Assembly (NCBI RefSeq): GCF_001194135.2
Contig: NC_068991.1
Location: 26,633,937 to 26,697,936, forward strand
Length of the DNA stretch: 64,000 nt
Source: Octopus bimaculoides
Taxonomy: Eukaryota
Reading direction: 5' to 3'
Part shown: piece after piece, positions 37,631 to 50,515 of the stretch
Layout: each line of letters opens with the position of its first letter
How positions within the stretch are numbered: the stretch's first letter is position 1
Notes under the pieces: model-generated
Seen by the model: the letters and a program-made list of their open reading frames with translations, nothing else
The model's database searches: none
Told to the model about the DNA's origin: nothing
Program-made: the position numbers and the translations under genes

Positions 37631-38808
37631 AAATTACCCAAATTTCCCAACTTTAATGCCTGATAACATCAGATTCTTAAATTTACGAGATAAAATAATT
37701 GGTTGATCCTAATAAAAATTCAGAGTTGTATCGATACACTAAAATTGCAAGCAATCTGAACAAAATTAAGCGGGACTCATTTTCCAAATGAGAAAGACTA
37801 GATTTGCTTTAAATCTCTAGGTAAGAAGTAAGTAGTAACAGCACTACAGAATAAAATCTATTTGCCAACGTAAATTGGAAGTCCTGGTTAGGAAGATGTT
37901 ACTACATCTTTTAGCCACAGGAAAACATCTTTTTCCAACTGGCTACATACGCATAACTGCGTCTTTATACCTCGAACATGGGAGCTAATGTCTTCCGGAC
38001 CATGGTTTGTGGGTTATTTGAGTTCATCGGCACAAGATATTATGCCCACAATCTTACATTTCAATTCTAAGTCAAATCACTATACTTCTGGTGCTAAGCC
38101 TTTTCCGAATGAACACCTTCATCATGTGCATGTACCATGGCCGAGCAAAAGATTCATAGATATCGTAGCTTTATCTGCAGGTGTGTGTGTTCTGGAGATC
38201 TTTGCTTCAGTGATGGATCAATGCATCTTTAGAGCTCTGGAATAATTGAGCTAATGAACATGGTACCAGTTGGTTCTCCGGCCATACACAAATGTGTATA
38301 TATATATATATATATNNNNNNNNNNNNNNNNNNNNNNNNNNNNNNNNNNNNNNNNNNNNNNNNNNNNNNNNNNNNNNNNNNNNNNNNNNNNNNNNNNNNN
38401 NNNNNNNNNNNNNNNNNNNNNNNNNNNNNNNNNNNNNNNNNNNNNNNNNNNNNNNNNNNNNNNNNNNNNNNNNNNNNATATATACAAACGACTGTGTATA
38501 TGGCCTTGTTCTTCTGAAAAAATAATGGAAGTGAGAAAGGTAACACATTAAATTTTCAATTGAGGTACGCTAATCTTGCCTTCTAAGCAAAGTAGGTTAC
38601 TTGAAAGACGTTCTAAGTATCTTCTGTCTGTTATATTTCGGAAGGTATCGAAATGTGCGGACGCGAATGTACGTGTGGTAGTTATTTCGTATTCGCAAAT
38701 TGTAGTGTGAGAATATTCCCGTTTGGTCTTCCTGATAAGCTATGGTATTAGCCCTCAATACTCCTGTTAGTTTTCTAGATGGTGGTTATATCTTTCAAGA
38801 GTTTAGAT

Positions 38809-38955
38809 CAGTGGTTCCCAAACTTTTCAATGCCAAAGACCCTGTTTATTTAAATGAGTTTTCCCACGGACCCCAGGATATTGAAATGTCTGTCAGCTTA
38901 ACATATTCACGGACCCCAAGTACTACCTTTGCAGACCACAGTTCGGGAACCGCTC
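38809..38955. mobile_element. hAT/Charlie (MER5-like) MITE (147 bp)
   Basis: TIRs cagtggttcccaaact / agttcgggaaccgctc; perfect 8-bp TSD gtttagat at 38801-38808 and 38956-38963. Confidence 0.9.
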
Positions 38956-41900
38956 GTTTAGATGTTGTAGCGTTTGGGACACTAAAGTAATTTTAATCGT
39001 TTTTAGTATCGATCAGTATTTATCAATGTGAACCCTTAATATGGTTAACATCATACCAAGCATCGCCACTTTATGCCAGACGTTGAATTGCTATTCTTTT
39101 AAAAGGTAATATTTTTAACAGCAAGGTAGCACTAATCGAGTACACACCTTTTTTTTTATCAAGATTACAGCAATAACCATGCTGTCTCTTCTGATATAGC
39201 CACACTTATCTTAAGCCTGTAGATTTCGAATTTTGGGATATTTAGCTGTTATTTCTCTTCAGCAAATAATCACGTAGTTATTCTGCAGTTCAATCATATT
39301 CAGTACGGTTTATGGAATCTAAACGAAATTATTCCCCCCAAATTATCAATATTGTTGGTTATATAATGTTATGTTACGAAATATCAAGGAAATAAATCAT
39401 GTTTGAGAAACAAGAGATTGTTTGAAAACGAGATATCATTCCGCTTGGCTATATGTTTCAGTAAACGCACCACCACCTTCTCAGCATAAACCGCTTTTTA
39501 TTTCCTCTTTATGTCCTGTGTAAAAACAATAATCGAATTGAAAAAAATTCTATATTTCATATATGCGTGAATATATATGCGTGAATATATTCTGATCTAT
39601 GTATCTCCATGCCCCCGAAAATAGTCTTTATATTTATTCAGTTATTACTTTTTTTGCCTTCAACATTATTAAAATTCATTTGATATTTCTGATGTTTGAT
39701 GATTGCATTTTTTTGCTATGGTTAACAATATCTTTTGATGCTTTCCAACTACGAAGAAGCGTCTTTTGATCTTCCACACAGACAAACAAGTACTCATGTA
39801 TTAATGTGTGTGTACGTGTGTGTGTGCGTGGGCGTGCACGCTTGAAAATATTTTATATATTTCTCTTACAAACATTTAATCATCTGCAAAGAAAGTGCTA
39901 TAGATTTCTTTCTATTGAATTTTATCTCTTGTGATTGCACTTTGCACTGTTACTTTAGAGAATGACTGAGTCGTTCGTTTTAACAATTTAACAGACATTG
40001 ATATTAGACATAAACCTTAGATGCTATAAATCAAATTATAAATACATAGAGGCACCATATTTTCGGTTTAAAAAGTCGAAATCAAGCATTGAGATACAAA
40101 GAAAACCATGTTAGAAAAGAGAATTTACGATAATGAGTGAAATATTTTACAGAAGAAAATTATATGTGGATATCGAAACATTGTGAATTACAACAAAATG
40201 TATACAGGTTTCACGTCTGATATATACCCTATATTCTTCGACAATTAAATTTATAAGTTCCTTATTTTCCGGTGTTGACTATATTAGACGTGGTAAGAAG
40301 ATGTCACAGTGAAAGTTTTATAAACTTACGCCTACATTATATATAGTGGTGTTAATATTCGGAACGTTAGAGCGCGCGCGCGTGCGTATGGACTTTATAT
40401 CTATTTTTTCCAACTAACACTCGAATTAAAATAAATACTAGACAATGTTCTGGAGTTTATGTATTCATTAGTGATCTCCAGTTTAAAATGAACACACGCA
40501 AACACACACACACACACACACACACATACACACACACACGCACACACACACGCACACGCACATGCACACAGACTCATACAAACACACACATGTGTACATA
40601 TATTTGCATATATGTACGTACGAATGAATCTGAAAATTTAAATAAGTTTATATAACATGTGGAGAAATAAATGTAAATTAGCAGTGCCTGTAAAAAGATG
40701 AAGATTAGATTTAAAACCCCACGGTAGGTGCAATCGTATAGGGAACCATCATGTTACTATGATCACAGACATGTGAGAACACTGGAACATAATCCTGATT
40801 GTTTTGATAAATCCATTGATCTCACAAACTTATATATTCGTACACACTCACGCACTTTTGTCTCCCTCATCTATACATCAACGTTACACGCTCTTACAGA
40901 CACACGACTACACAACTTATCTACAATTAACAAAATGCTCTGAGAATAAAATCAACATCCGCATAAATGCATGCTTTTTTGTGTTTATCAAACTGAAAAC
41001 ATACATGCTCTATATTTGAATTTTATTCCCCAAAAGAACAGTCCAGCTGTTCAATAACAAATCAGAGAAGCAGATTCAAACCCAGCTAAAACATATTGAA
41101 ACATTTCACCGTGTATTTTCTCCAATAGTTCAACAACGATAACATAAACAATATGACGAGCAACCACGGCCAAACCTCAAAGCTAGCACAACTGATGACG
41201 TATTAAACACCAGTCGACAGCCCTTCACAGTCCAGCTATTTTCATGCATTATTTCATCAGAATATTATAGCCGGTCCACCATTATCTTTCCCTCATATTC
41301 TATTGCTACCATCATCACAATTACCATTATATTTCACCTCTCACTTCTCTAATGTAAGTATGTATGTACGTGTGCATGTATGTATGTATGTATGTACGTA
41401 TGTATGCATGCATGTATGTATGTATGTATGTATGTATGTATGTACGTATGCATGTATGTATTGTTTTTCATTGAGTATAATTCAAGTTCTTCTTGAGAGA
41501 GTTCAAGTCGGTTGCTGACAAGGCAAGAAGAATTTTTGAGTTAAGAGATTTCCCGGTGTTTGAGAATTTCGTTGTTATGTTGTTTAAACTGTCGATTATA
41601 TGCATCTCTTAGCATTATGTTCATCTATTCGCATAAGAGTCTCACATAGAGAATTTCTAGAATGATTTACAAATCTTCAGTCCCACTAATAGATTGGATC
41701 TGGAGAATAGTATTTCTAGATTTTTGTGTAAATTGATTGGTACATGTATGTATATTATTATTCACTTTTATTTCAAGATTTCTTGATAATAGAGAAAGAG
41801 TCGGTTTCTAACCTAGACCCAAGGCTCCTTCATTAGAATTTCAGCATCAGCAGGGTATTTATGTATGCATATATGTATGTATATATATACGTCTGTATGT

Positions 41901-43216
41901 TTTGTTTTATGTATGTCTTCTCATGCATATACTTGCATATCTAGACATACCCATGTAACTTTTAAAGATAAACATCTGTATGCATGTATGTATAATAGCC
42001 ATCTAAACACCATGATATATGTCTATACACGGTTGAAAAGCGCGATAATGTAGCTTAACCACAGATAGTTGCATAGATTGATAGATATATAGACAGATAG
42101 ACGAATACATATCTAGTAAATAAAAATACCAATATGAGCAAAAGATTAAGCCTTTATGAAACTGTTCATTGCAAGTATATGTTCAGGTTGACTATTTCTT
42201 CCAATACAGACTTTATTTGCGGCACGATGAATAACTCAATAAATTTTGTCAAGAGATTTATAGTAAGAAAGACGAAAGGCAATTTATAATTGTCGTTCCA
42301 AACTCATTTGGTTTTAAGCTTACAAAGTATTTGAAATAATTCGATATTTCGTCTGAGGTACATGAAAATATAACTGAAATGTATCTTCATCTTTACTGAA
42401 ATTTTGTCTACGTTTTATGTTTGTAAGTACGTACGTCTTTCTTTTCGTTGTTCGTCAGTTTTAACTTGTATCTTTTACTCGGTATACCGAAAGAATCGTT
42501 ACTTGCATTATTTGCTAGTATCGAAAACTGAATCGCCCGACGATCACAGACCAGCGACAGAAGACATAGAGAATTGATCAGTCCTCAAAAGAAAACAAAA
42601 CAAAACAAAAACAAGAAAGCCTGTAAACTTTCTCAGTGTGGTTAAGTCTTTCAGGACGGATCAGCTCAACATCGCCTTTTATTTCAAGCTTCTTGGGGCA
42701 ACAAAATATGATATTTAATATTAATTTACACTGATATTAAAAATATAAATTGTAGAATGGATTGCTAAAAATGCATAAATGATAGATGATAATATTATCA
42801 AAATGAAACCCAGGTTTATCGTGACACTGCTCAGAGTCCCCGAAAGAACTACTACGGACGAAATTCAGCACTTCAACATGTTTATCTCATTTCATAATAT
42901 TTCTTTACGCAAACACCAATACTGTACAATTAGTCATATACTGCAGGGCGGATCTGCAAAAGGAAAACTTACATTAATATTCAGTAGTTTTCGGATTTGT
43001 TTGTTTGCGTTTGAGTTTGTTTGTGTTTTACAATATGCATTCGTGTGCTTTTCATGTTTGTGAGATAATACATTATTATTGATTTATATATTAAATAAAT
43101 TATTGATTACTTCAGTAAGATTAATTGTTGATCAAAATGAAGACGGTTCTATGATTTATACTCACTGTCTGAACAAAATTTAAATCAGAAGATTTATATT
43201 CTCATGCGCATGTATG

Positions 43217-43250
<34 letters not shown>

Positions 43251-43502
43251 TTTATTTATGCACGTGTGTGCGAAAATATACTGCATGCTACCTTGCGTAA
43301 GCGTCCTCTACTCCAGTTTCAGGCAGACCAAAGGCTTCTTGTGAGTTTGGTTAGTGGAATCCGAAAAAAGCCTGCTGTGTGTATGTGCGCGCGTATGTGT
43401 GTATGTGTATGTGTGTGTGTGTGAGTGCATATACATGTATACATACATATAAATATATATGTATTTGTGTGGGTGGATGTGTTTGTATGTGAATATATCG
43501 AC

Positions 43503-43795
43503 CTGTGGGAAAGGGCCAACCAGAAGCCCATACATGTTCAGATTAAACGAACGAAATAGAGATGGGTCGGACACACACTGCGGAAGGACCCCTCAAATGT
43601 GACACGAGAACCACTTGACTGGAACCCGCAGGGGAAAAGAAAGCGAGGACGCCGGAAGCAGACATGGAAGCGGAGCATTTTGCACGAGCTCAGGACCACC
43701 GGCCTGACATGAGAATCAGCCAAGTAACACGCGAATGACCGCAAAAAAGTGGAAAATAATTGTTGAGGCCCTATACTCCACAAGGGGCAAAAAGG

Positions 43796-43800
<5 letters not shown>
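43503..43800 (+). mobile_element. RTE-clade LINE 3' end (family 1)
   Basis: LWERANQKPIHVQIKRTK*RWVGHTLRKDPSNVTREPLDWNPQGKRKRGRRKQTWKRS...DRKKWKIIVEALYSTRG, followed by (TA)n. Confidence 0.9.
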
Positions 43801-43826
<26 letters not shown>

Positions 43827-43928
43827 NNNNNNNNNNNNNNNNNNNNNNNNNNNNNNNNNNNNNNNNNNNNNNNNNNNNNNNNNNNNNNNNNNNNNNNNNN
43901 NNNNNNNNNNNNNNNNNNTATATACATA

Positions 43929-44055
43929 CAGGGTTTCCACAAGGGCTAGGTACATGGAGTAAATAAAATCATAACATAAACAATTAAATATAAGAAATAA
44001 TAATTTCTTAAAGTATGTGTTAATCCTCACGTACCCAGACTTTGTGGACACCCTG
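43929..44055. mobile_element. Tc1/mariner-type MITE (127 bp)
   Basis: 28-bp TIRs cagggtttccacaagggctaggtacatg and (reverse complement) cagggtgtccacaaagtctgggtacgtg, 5 mismatches; TA on both sides. Confidence 0.85.
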
Positions 44056-44069
44056 TATATTATATTATA

Positions 44070-44812
44070 TTAACTGAGGGCTTCTCACTCAGAGTGAAAG
44101 GCAGATTGCATGATGCCAAAGTACCTACAGTTATGCTGAATGCCAGTGAGACATTGGCTTTGACTACAGAGGACTTGCAATAGCTTGAAACAAATAAAGC
44201 TGGCATGCCCCTTGGATGGGTAATATCAGTGTGCACACACGACAGAGTGTAAGTGATGTAAGAGGAAAACTGGGTATATGAGGCATCAGATGTTACGTAC
44301 AAGTGAGAAGACTGCGCTGGTTCGATTCTGTGATGCGTATGCATGAGGAGAATTTCATAAAGAAGTGTCGAGCTCTAGTCGGTGAAGAACTGTAGAAGGG
44401 GCAGCCCTAGGAAGATGTGGGAGAAAGTGGTAAGAAAGGATTTTCGGACTCTGAGCCTTACTGAGAAAATGGCAAGAGACTTGGAATTGCGACGATTTGC
44501 TGTACTTGAGAGACGTTTTCAACTAAGTAAAATCGCTATCATCCATACATACAGGTTTGTGCCACATAAAATGTGCCGGTGCCATATGAAATACACTCGT
44601 GCCGGTGCTTAGTAAATAATAAGTAACGGTGGCACGTATAAAGCGCCCAGCACACCCTATACAGTGAATGGCGTTAGGTAGTGCATATAGCTGTAGAAAC
44701 CATGTCAACAGATAATTGGAATCTGGACAGTTCCTCAGGTAGCCAGCTACTGTTAAACCGTGTAACTCATGCAAGCCTGGAAAACGGACGTTAAACGATG
44801 ATGATGATGATT
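44070..44812 (+). mobile_element. RTE-clade LINE 3' fragment (family 2) with 3' UTR and (GAT)n tail
   Basis: GFSLRVKGRLHDAKVPTVMLNASETLALTTEDLQ*LETN...RRLRWFDSVMRM...CRRGSPRKMWEKVVRKDFRTLSLTEKMARD. Confidence 0.9.
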
Positions 44813-44929
44813 ATATATACATATATACATGTGTATACATAAATTGTACATGTATATATGTGTCTACATGTAATATATGCATATTATATGTATATGTATG
44901 CATGTAATCTATGTATGTGTTTGGCTTTA

Positions 44930-45140
44930 TATGTGTGCTTGTTCCCACCACTGCTTGACAGTCCTTATTGGTTTCTTTACGTTCCCATGACTTAGGGTTT
45001 CGGCAAATAGCGACCAGGAGAATAGGAAGAAGACTTAAGGAATACGTACTGACGTCATTGTGTTCGACTAAGTCCCTCATGGCCGTGACCTAACATGGCC
45101 GCAGTGCAATGGTTGAACCGAGTGCTCGATAAAAGAGACA
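44930..45140 (+). mobile_element. SINE family B 3' body
   Basis: cccaccactgcttgacag...tttacgttcccatgacttagggtttcggcaaa...ttcgactaagtccctcatggccgtg..catggccgcagtgcaatg matches the reverse complement of 48075-48270. Confidence 0.65.
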
Positions 45141-45151
45141 GGAATACAATA

Positions 45152-45948
45152 TCGTAATTCGGCAACGAGATTATTTTACACTGGGAAGCTGCTGTGATTT
45201 CGGCACGAAACGAATCAGTAGCGGCACAGATTTCAAAAAGATAGGTTGGGAATCGCTTTCTGGTAATGCGTGCTGAAGGCATATTATGTCAATGCAGAAA
45301 CTAGTCCACGTAAATCCATATACTTAAATGTATGTAAGTAGATTGTCTTAACCAAATTTGCCTTCAGTTGAATTCTGTAGTAATCACCAGTGTATTTTTG
45401 AAGATTTAATAACGAGTTTTGACTGTTATTTCAAGCAGGTAATCATGCTTAGTATGTCCTTTGATTAATTTTAATCCCTCGGCTATTTAATGCTATTTTT
45501 TGGCCTGTTGTCGCCTGTATCATTGATTCTGTTATTATCGTTCTTAAATTAGTGACATTGGATAATAATAAAATTAACGGTACCTTTGTAAATTAATTTT
45601 AATAAATTATTTTTCTCGTAATTCTGTAACGAGTTTATTTTACACTGGGAAGCTGCTGTGATTTCGGCGTAAAACAAATCAGTAGCGGCACAGAATTCGG
45701 AAGGATAGGTTGGGAATCACTTATCCTGGTAATGCATGCTAAAGAAGTTAAGGCATATTATACCAATGCAGAAACTAGTCCATATGAATCCAAATACTTA
45801 AATGTATGTAATTAGATTGTCTTAACCAAATTTGCTTTCGTTTGATTTCTGTAGTTATCATCAGTGTATTTTTTGGTGATTTAATAATGAGTTTTAACTG
45901 TTATTTCAAGCAGGTAGACATACTTAGTATGTCCATTGATTAATTTTA
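45152..45948 (+). repeat. Pair of diverged direct repeats (45152-45473 and 45616-45948)
   Basis: Both run from tcgtaattc..aacgag.ttattttacactgggaagctgctgtgatttcggc to tatttcaagcaggta..cat.cttagtatgtcc.ttgattaatttta; 142-bp spacer. Confidence 0.92.
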
Positions 45949-46147
45949 TATATATATATATATATATANNNNNNNNNNNNNNNNNNNNNNNNNNNNNNNN
46001 NNNNNNNNNNNNNNNNNNNNNNNNNNNNNNNNNNNNNNNNNNNNNNNNNNNNNNNNNNNNNNNNNNNNNNNNNNNNNNNNNNNNNNNNNNNNNNNNNNNN
46101 NNNNNNNNNNNNNNNNNNNNNNNNNNNNNNNNNNNNNNNNNNNNNNN

Positions 46148-46182
<35 letters not shown>

Positions 46183-47719
46183 CATATATACATATATATA
46201 CGTGGGTATGTGTCTCTCAATGTAGCTATCTGTGTCTATCAATCTATCTATATATCTCTGTGTGGGTGCATGCGTGTGTGCATGTGTGTATGTGTGTTGT
46301 TGTTGCTGTTGTTGGCATTATCAAATTATACACGTACGCATATTTATATCTTCTTGTTTATAACAATGCCGGAGATTCATGGAAATTTTTTAACAGTCAG
46401 CTATAAATTTGTTAGAATAAATCTAATTTAATACACAGAAATATTGTGATATATTGTGACGCATAGGCAAAACAAATATGAGATGAATTTGAATTACAAA
46501 AGTACTTGTGGATATATTTGTTAGTAAAAACTTCGACGTTTACTTCAATTCGTAATTTATGTGAGGTACACATACTATGAAGTTATTGATCACTTTCTTT
46601 AATGGAAATTAAACGAATATTACGACTGAGACGTGAGATTATGTGGTGTTAAGGCTTTGTAATGAATGTGAAATAAATTAGAATGAAAGGTTATCTGTAT
46701 TTGCTTCTTATCGACTTTATCGGATGTATATTCACAATTCATTGTCTGTAGAACTACATATTGAACACTTTAACAAAATTCAGTGAAAGTGTTTCTTTTA
46801 ATCAATCACATTCAGCCTAGCCAACAAAACAAAATGAGCTTCGTTATATATTTGTGATTAAAGTGCTCTATATAACAGGTATGATTAGAAAAAAGACTGA
46901 AGATCAGAATATAATAAGATGAACTGCATTAGTGTATAACAGCTCATCACTCCTTTCGTGGGGTTTTAGCGCGTTGTCTACAAGCAAAAAATGACTTTAA
47001 TTATATGCAATACAATATATTTGAGGTTAAGCTGGTAACACTCTTTTATACGACAGCTGCAACTTACAAAAATCAACTTTATTGTATTGAGTCGTACTGC
47101 AATGCCCAGTGCTACCTTGCTATGAAAGGTCATTCTAGGTCGTCATAATTTAAGTATCTCGGTCATATAAAATAACAAAAGCGTCACAAAGTTACATGAC
47201 AAAGCAAATGAACTTCACTATATTTTATTATCAATATATTTAACGAAGGGACTGTACGGATTTTGGCTAGTAGAATGGTTGCGACAGCCATTAAGTCCAC
47301 AACAAGCAACTTAATATAAAAAACATGTGAATTTTCTGGTTGTAGCTCTACTTATACCAACAACCTTCTTATCTGTGAATTTTTGGTCTACAATCTTCCA
47401 TTTCTCATATTATAGTATCTAACATATTGCTTAATTTAATTCTGTGAGGTGTATTTTCCGTTCCTAAATAAGAACAAATGTATTTATTGTGAGAGTGACA
47501 CAAGTACGGAAGTTGTGATTTACAAAATATTGTAATGTTTGAAATAATGTAATTAGCATTGTTTAATAGGTCAATTTATTATAAATTTATATTAATTATA
47601 TATTTTATGATATTTACGATTAAAATATAATCTGGATTATATTTATATCATTTATATTAAGATTATAACGCTTATATTTATATGACGTAAAAATATAATT
47701 TATATCTAAAAACTTATGT

Positions 47720-47960
47720 AGAGGTCTTAGTGGTTAGGGTGTTGAAGTCATGATCATAAGTTTGTGGTTCCGATTCCTAGGCCGGGTGACGCGTCTTGTT
47801 CTTGAACAAAGCACTTCATTTCACGTTGTTCCGGTTCACCCAGCTGAAAAAAAAAATGATTGAAAGTGAGTCGAACCGCTGTCCAGTACAGTGGGGGAAA
47901 TACATACGCCAAAGGAACCGGGACGTCAACCATATGAGTACATAACACTCGGGAAGTATC
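47720..47960 (+). mobile_element. tRNA-type SINE, family D
   Basis: agtggttagggtgttgaagtcatgatcataagtttgtggttccgattcctaggccggg..ttgttcttgaacaaagcacttcatttcacg; a related copy lies at ~55140-55240. Confidence 0.7.
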
Positions 47961-48074
47961 TTTATTCTTTATTTGAAGAAAACATAAAGTTAATTTGGAT
48001 CCATTCAAAGATATCTATATTACAATCATTCAATATATGAGATGCATTCTTGATAGAACTTAAATTTGATTTTT

Positions 48075-48270
48075 ACCTTTTACTTTATTCGGTCATTACA
48101 CTGCGGCCACGCTGGGGTACCGCCTTGAGTCAAATGAGTCGAATGAATCGACACCAGTGCTAATTTATAAGCATGGTACTTATTCTGTCCATGCGATTTC
48201 ATTTAATTAGCGATTGTTAAATTACGGGGGACGTAAACACACTAGCACCGGCTAACAAGTGGTGGTCACA

Positions 48271-48316
<46 letters not shown>

Positions 48317-48460
48317 TGTTTATATAATACGGGTTTCATTCGGCTTCCGTCTATGAAATCCGCTCACAAATCTTTGGTCGGCCCCAAGCTACAGTACAAA
48401 ACACTTGGCGAAGGTGCCACTGAATTCAGAATCCTGTGGTATGGAAGCAAGCTTCTTTAT
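48075..48460 (-). mobile_element. SINE family B, near full length, with internal (CA)n
   Basis: The reverse complement runs from aagaagcttgcttcc through gaccaaagatttgtgagcggattt, (GT)n and tttacgtccccgtaatttaac to ccagcgtggccgcagtgtaatgaccgaataa. Confidence 0.85.
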
Positions 48461-48599
48461 TTCATAAAATTTTCCATAAAAGCATTACAAAGATAGAAGC
48501 AAATGCGGGCTGGACAACAACACAAATGAAATGAATGATGAGCAAAATAATGATATTGATGAGAGAAGTAAACGACGCACGTCGATCGATGCCCCTCGA

Positions 48600-49563
48600 G
48601 AACACTGTTCTTTTTTCTCTTTTTTTAAAAACACACATGAGGTAATGAACCTCTTAGAGTAGTCAAAAAGTTCTAAATCAATCGAGGCGCCAAGACCTCA
48701 CACTCCACCTCCCCGATCAAATTTCTCTCGCCGCCTGCAGGCAATCCCGCAGTAGTAAGTCGGGGACCCAGAAAAGATGATTGAATTCCTTCTCAGAAAG
48801 GCATGATTTATCTAATAAAAATAACTCTCCTCCAGCCTCCGCAGTCACCCGCGGAGGTTAATGTGGGCTATCAATGCAGGTCGGAACCGCCAGATACCGA
48901 CATTCAAAGCTTCTTGCAAAGTTCTCATTGGGAAGGTTCACAGTTTCCTCCAACTCATTTTCAATTTCACTCTTTTGAAGGAGGGCGATGGCGTCGAGCG
49001 ATTTGGAGTACGTTCGCAGCACCACCGTCCTCACTGCAAAGTCTTTCATCCACTGTTTGAGTGGGACAATCTCTCACTCCAACACAGTGTTATTTATCTT
49101 CTTTGCCATGTTTCTTATTTTGAAAAAAGTTTTAAAAAATCCAAAAGTTCAGAGTTAAAAAACAAAATACAGGAAAGAAGGAAGACGAGAAACAGTTTTA
49201 AAGAACACAGCAAATTCGTCTTGCCGTCCTATTACTCCTGGACAACTTGGTAATCCTCCTGGCAAGGGCACAAAACAGTCACAAAAATTAGCACAATTTT
49301 AGGAGGGCTTGGCCCCCGCCTCAAAACACTCCTCACTGCTAAGTGAGACTTTACACACAACCACAGTGGAGATTTCTTGTTCGACAAAAATAAATATAGA
49401 CGAGCAACAAAAATAAAAAAATAAATATAGACGAGCAACAAATCCCCACTGAATCCCCCCAAAACAAATATCTTACCTGGTAGTTGTGCTTCAATAATTC
49501 ACGACGTTGGTGTACAAAGACGTGACTCCAGCAGCGAAGAAGAACACGTCCACACAGTAGCGA
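48600..49563 (-). mobile_element. Probable Tx1-type LINE 5' UTR + ORF1 start (degraded)
   Basis: ATG at 49109 leads to RTVVLRTYSKSLDAIALLQKSEIENELEET, which parallels TIIYKCIHRRERKPLYPSPAEIEKCLEEA in the ORF1 at 31439. GC-rich 5' region. Confidence 0.45.
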
Positions 49564-50346
49564 GGAAAGCTAGCTTCTTACCACACTGCTACGTCTGTGC
49601 TTAATATTGAAGGAAATATTTGTATATCACCTATATATGTGTATGTATACATATCACCTATATATGTGTATGTATACATATTTTAGCACGCATACACGTA
49701 AGTTACTAGTATCTTAACAATTTTGTTTTCCAAAGACGCTTTATATACTATAAAATATATCCATAGATTTTAGTTAACAGGTTGTGTAGACAAATGTAAA
49801 GGTATCTTGCTTTCATATATCACAATATATTGAACAGAAAAAAATGAGGATAATGCAGGCGCTTCATCCTGATTTTGGATTTCTTTATTGACCATCTGCT
49901 CTTTAAACTTCCGCGGTGATAATTCTTATAATCTCCCAGTGGTCCGAAAATTTCAAGTATATCGGATAGACTGAGTCGCTATATATTGTTTTATTGGCAG
50001 CAAGTTTGAATTGTAAATATATCTGATATAATAATCTATTATTTAATCCTAGATTTTTATACACTGGTGTAGCAAACATATACTGTAAATATTGCATATC
50101 GTGTCAGTAACATATTAATCAAAATAGCTACCAGAAACCTGCTATATATGCTTATCGGTGGTCTACTAGACTTAGTTAAACCTGTATCACTTGTGGTTAT
50201 ATGAGTAAAGTTTCAATGGTCGTTTGAAGACGGCACTCAGTTGTTACTAATATTACAACATTGACTGAAACTAAGATGTCAACGTATGTATTGTGTATAA
50301 AACGCAAGTGTTTATCTTTATCTTTAATATATATGCAATGTAAGGC

Positions 50347-50515
50347 AGCAAGCTGCTAGAATCGTTAGAACACCTGGAAAAATGCTTAGTGACGTCTTTA
50401 CGTTCTGAGTTAAAATACTTTCGGGGTCGAGGAACTAAGTACCAGTTGATGACTGGGATCGATATAATCGAATTACACATCCCTCTAAATTGCTGACGCT
50501 GTGCCAAAATTTAGG
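50347..50515 (+). mobile_element. tRNA-type SINE, family A (internally deleted)
   Basis: aaggcagcaagctgctagaatcgttagaacacctggaaaaatgcttag..tttacgttctgagtt..ctttcggggtcga..taagtaccagttga.gactgggatcgatataatcga. Confidence 0.8.

Noticed and set aside
48803-49253. Plus-strand reading as a Tx1 ORF2 C-terminus
   Set aside because: The similarity is superficial; the minus strand matches the ORF1 at 31439 better and has a plausible 5' UTR and ATG.
49624-49677. 27-bp tandem duplication atatcacctatatatgtgtatgtatac x2
   Set aside because: A real but trivial slippage duplication in TA-rich sequence.
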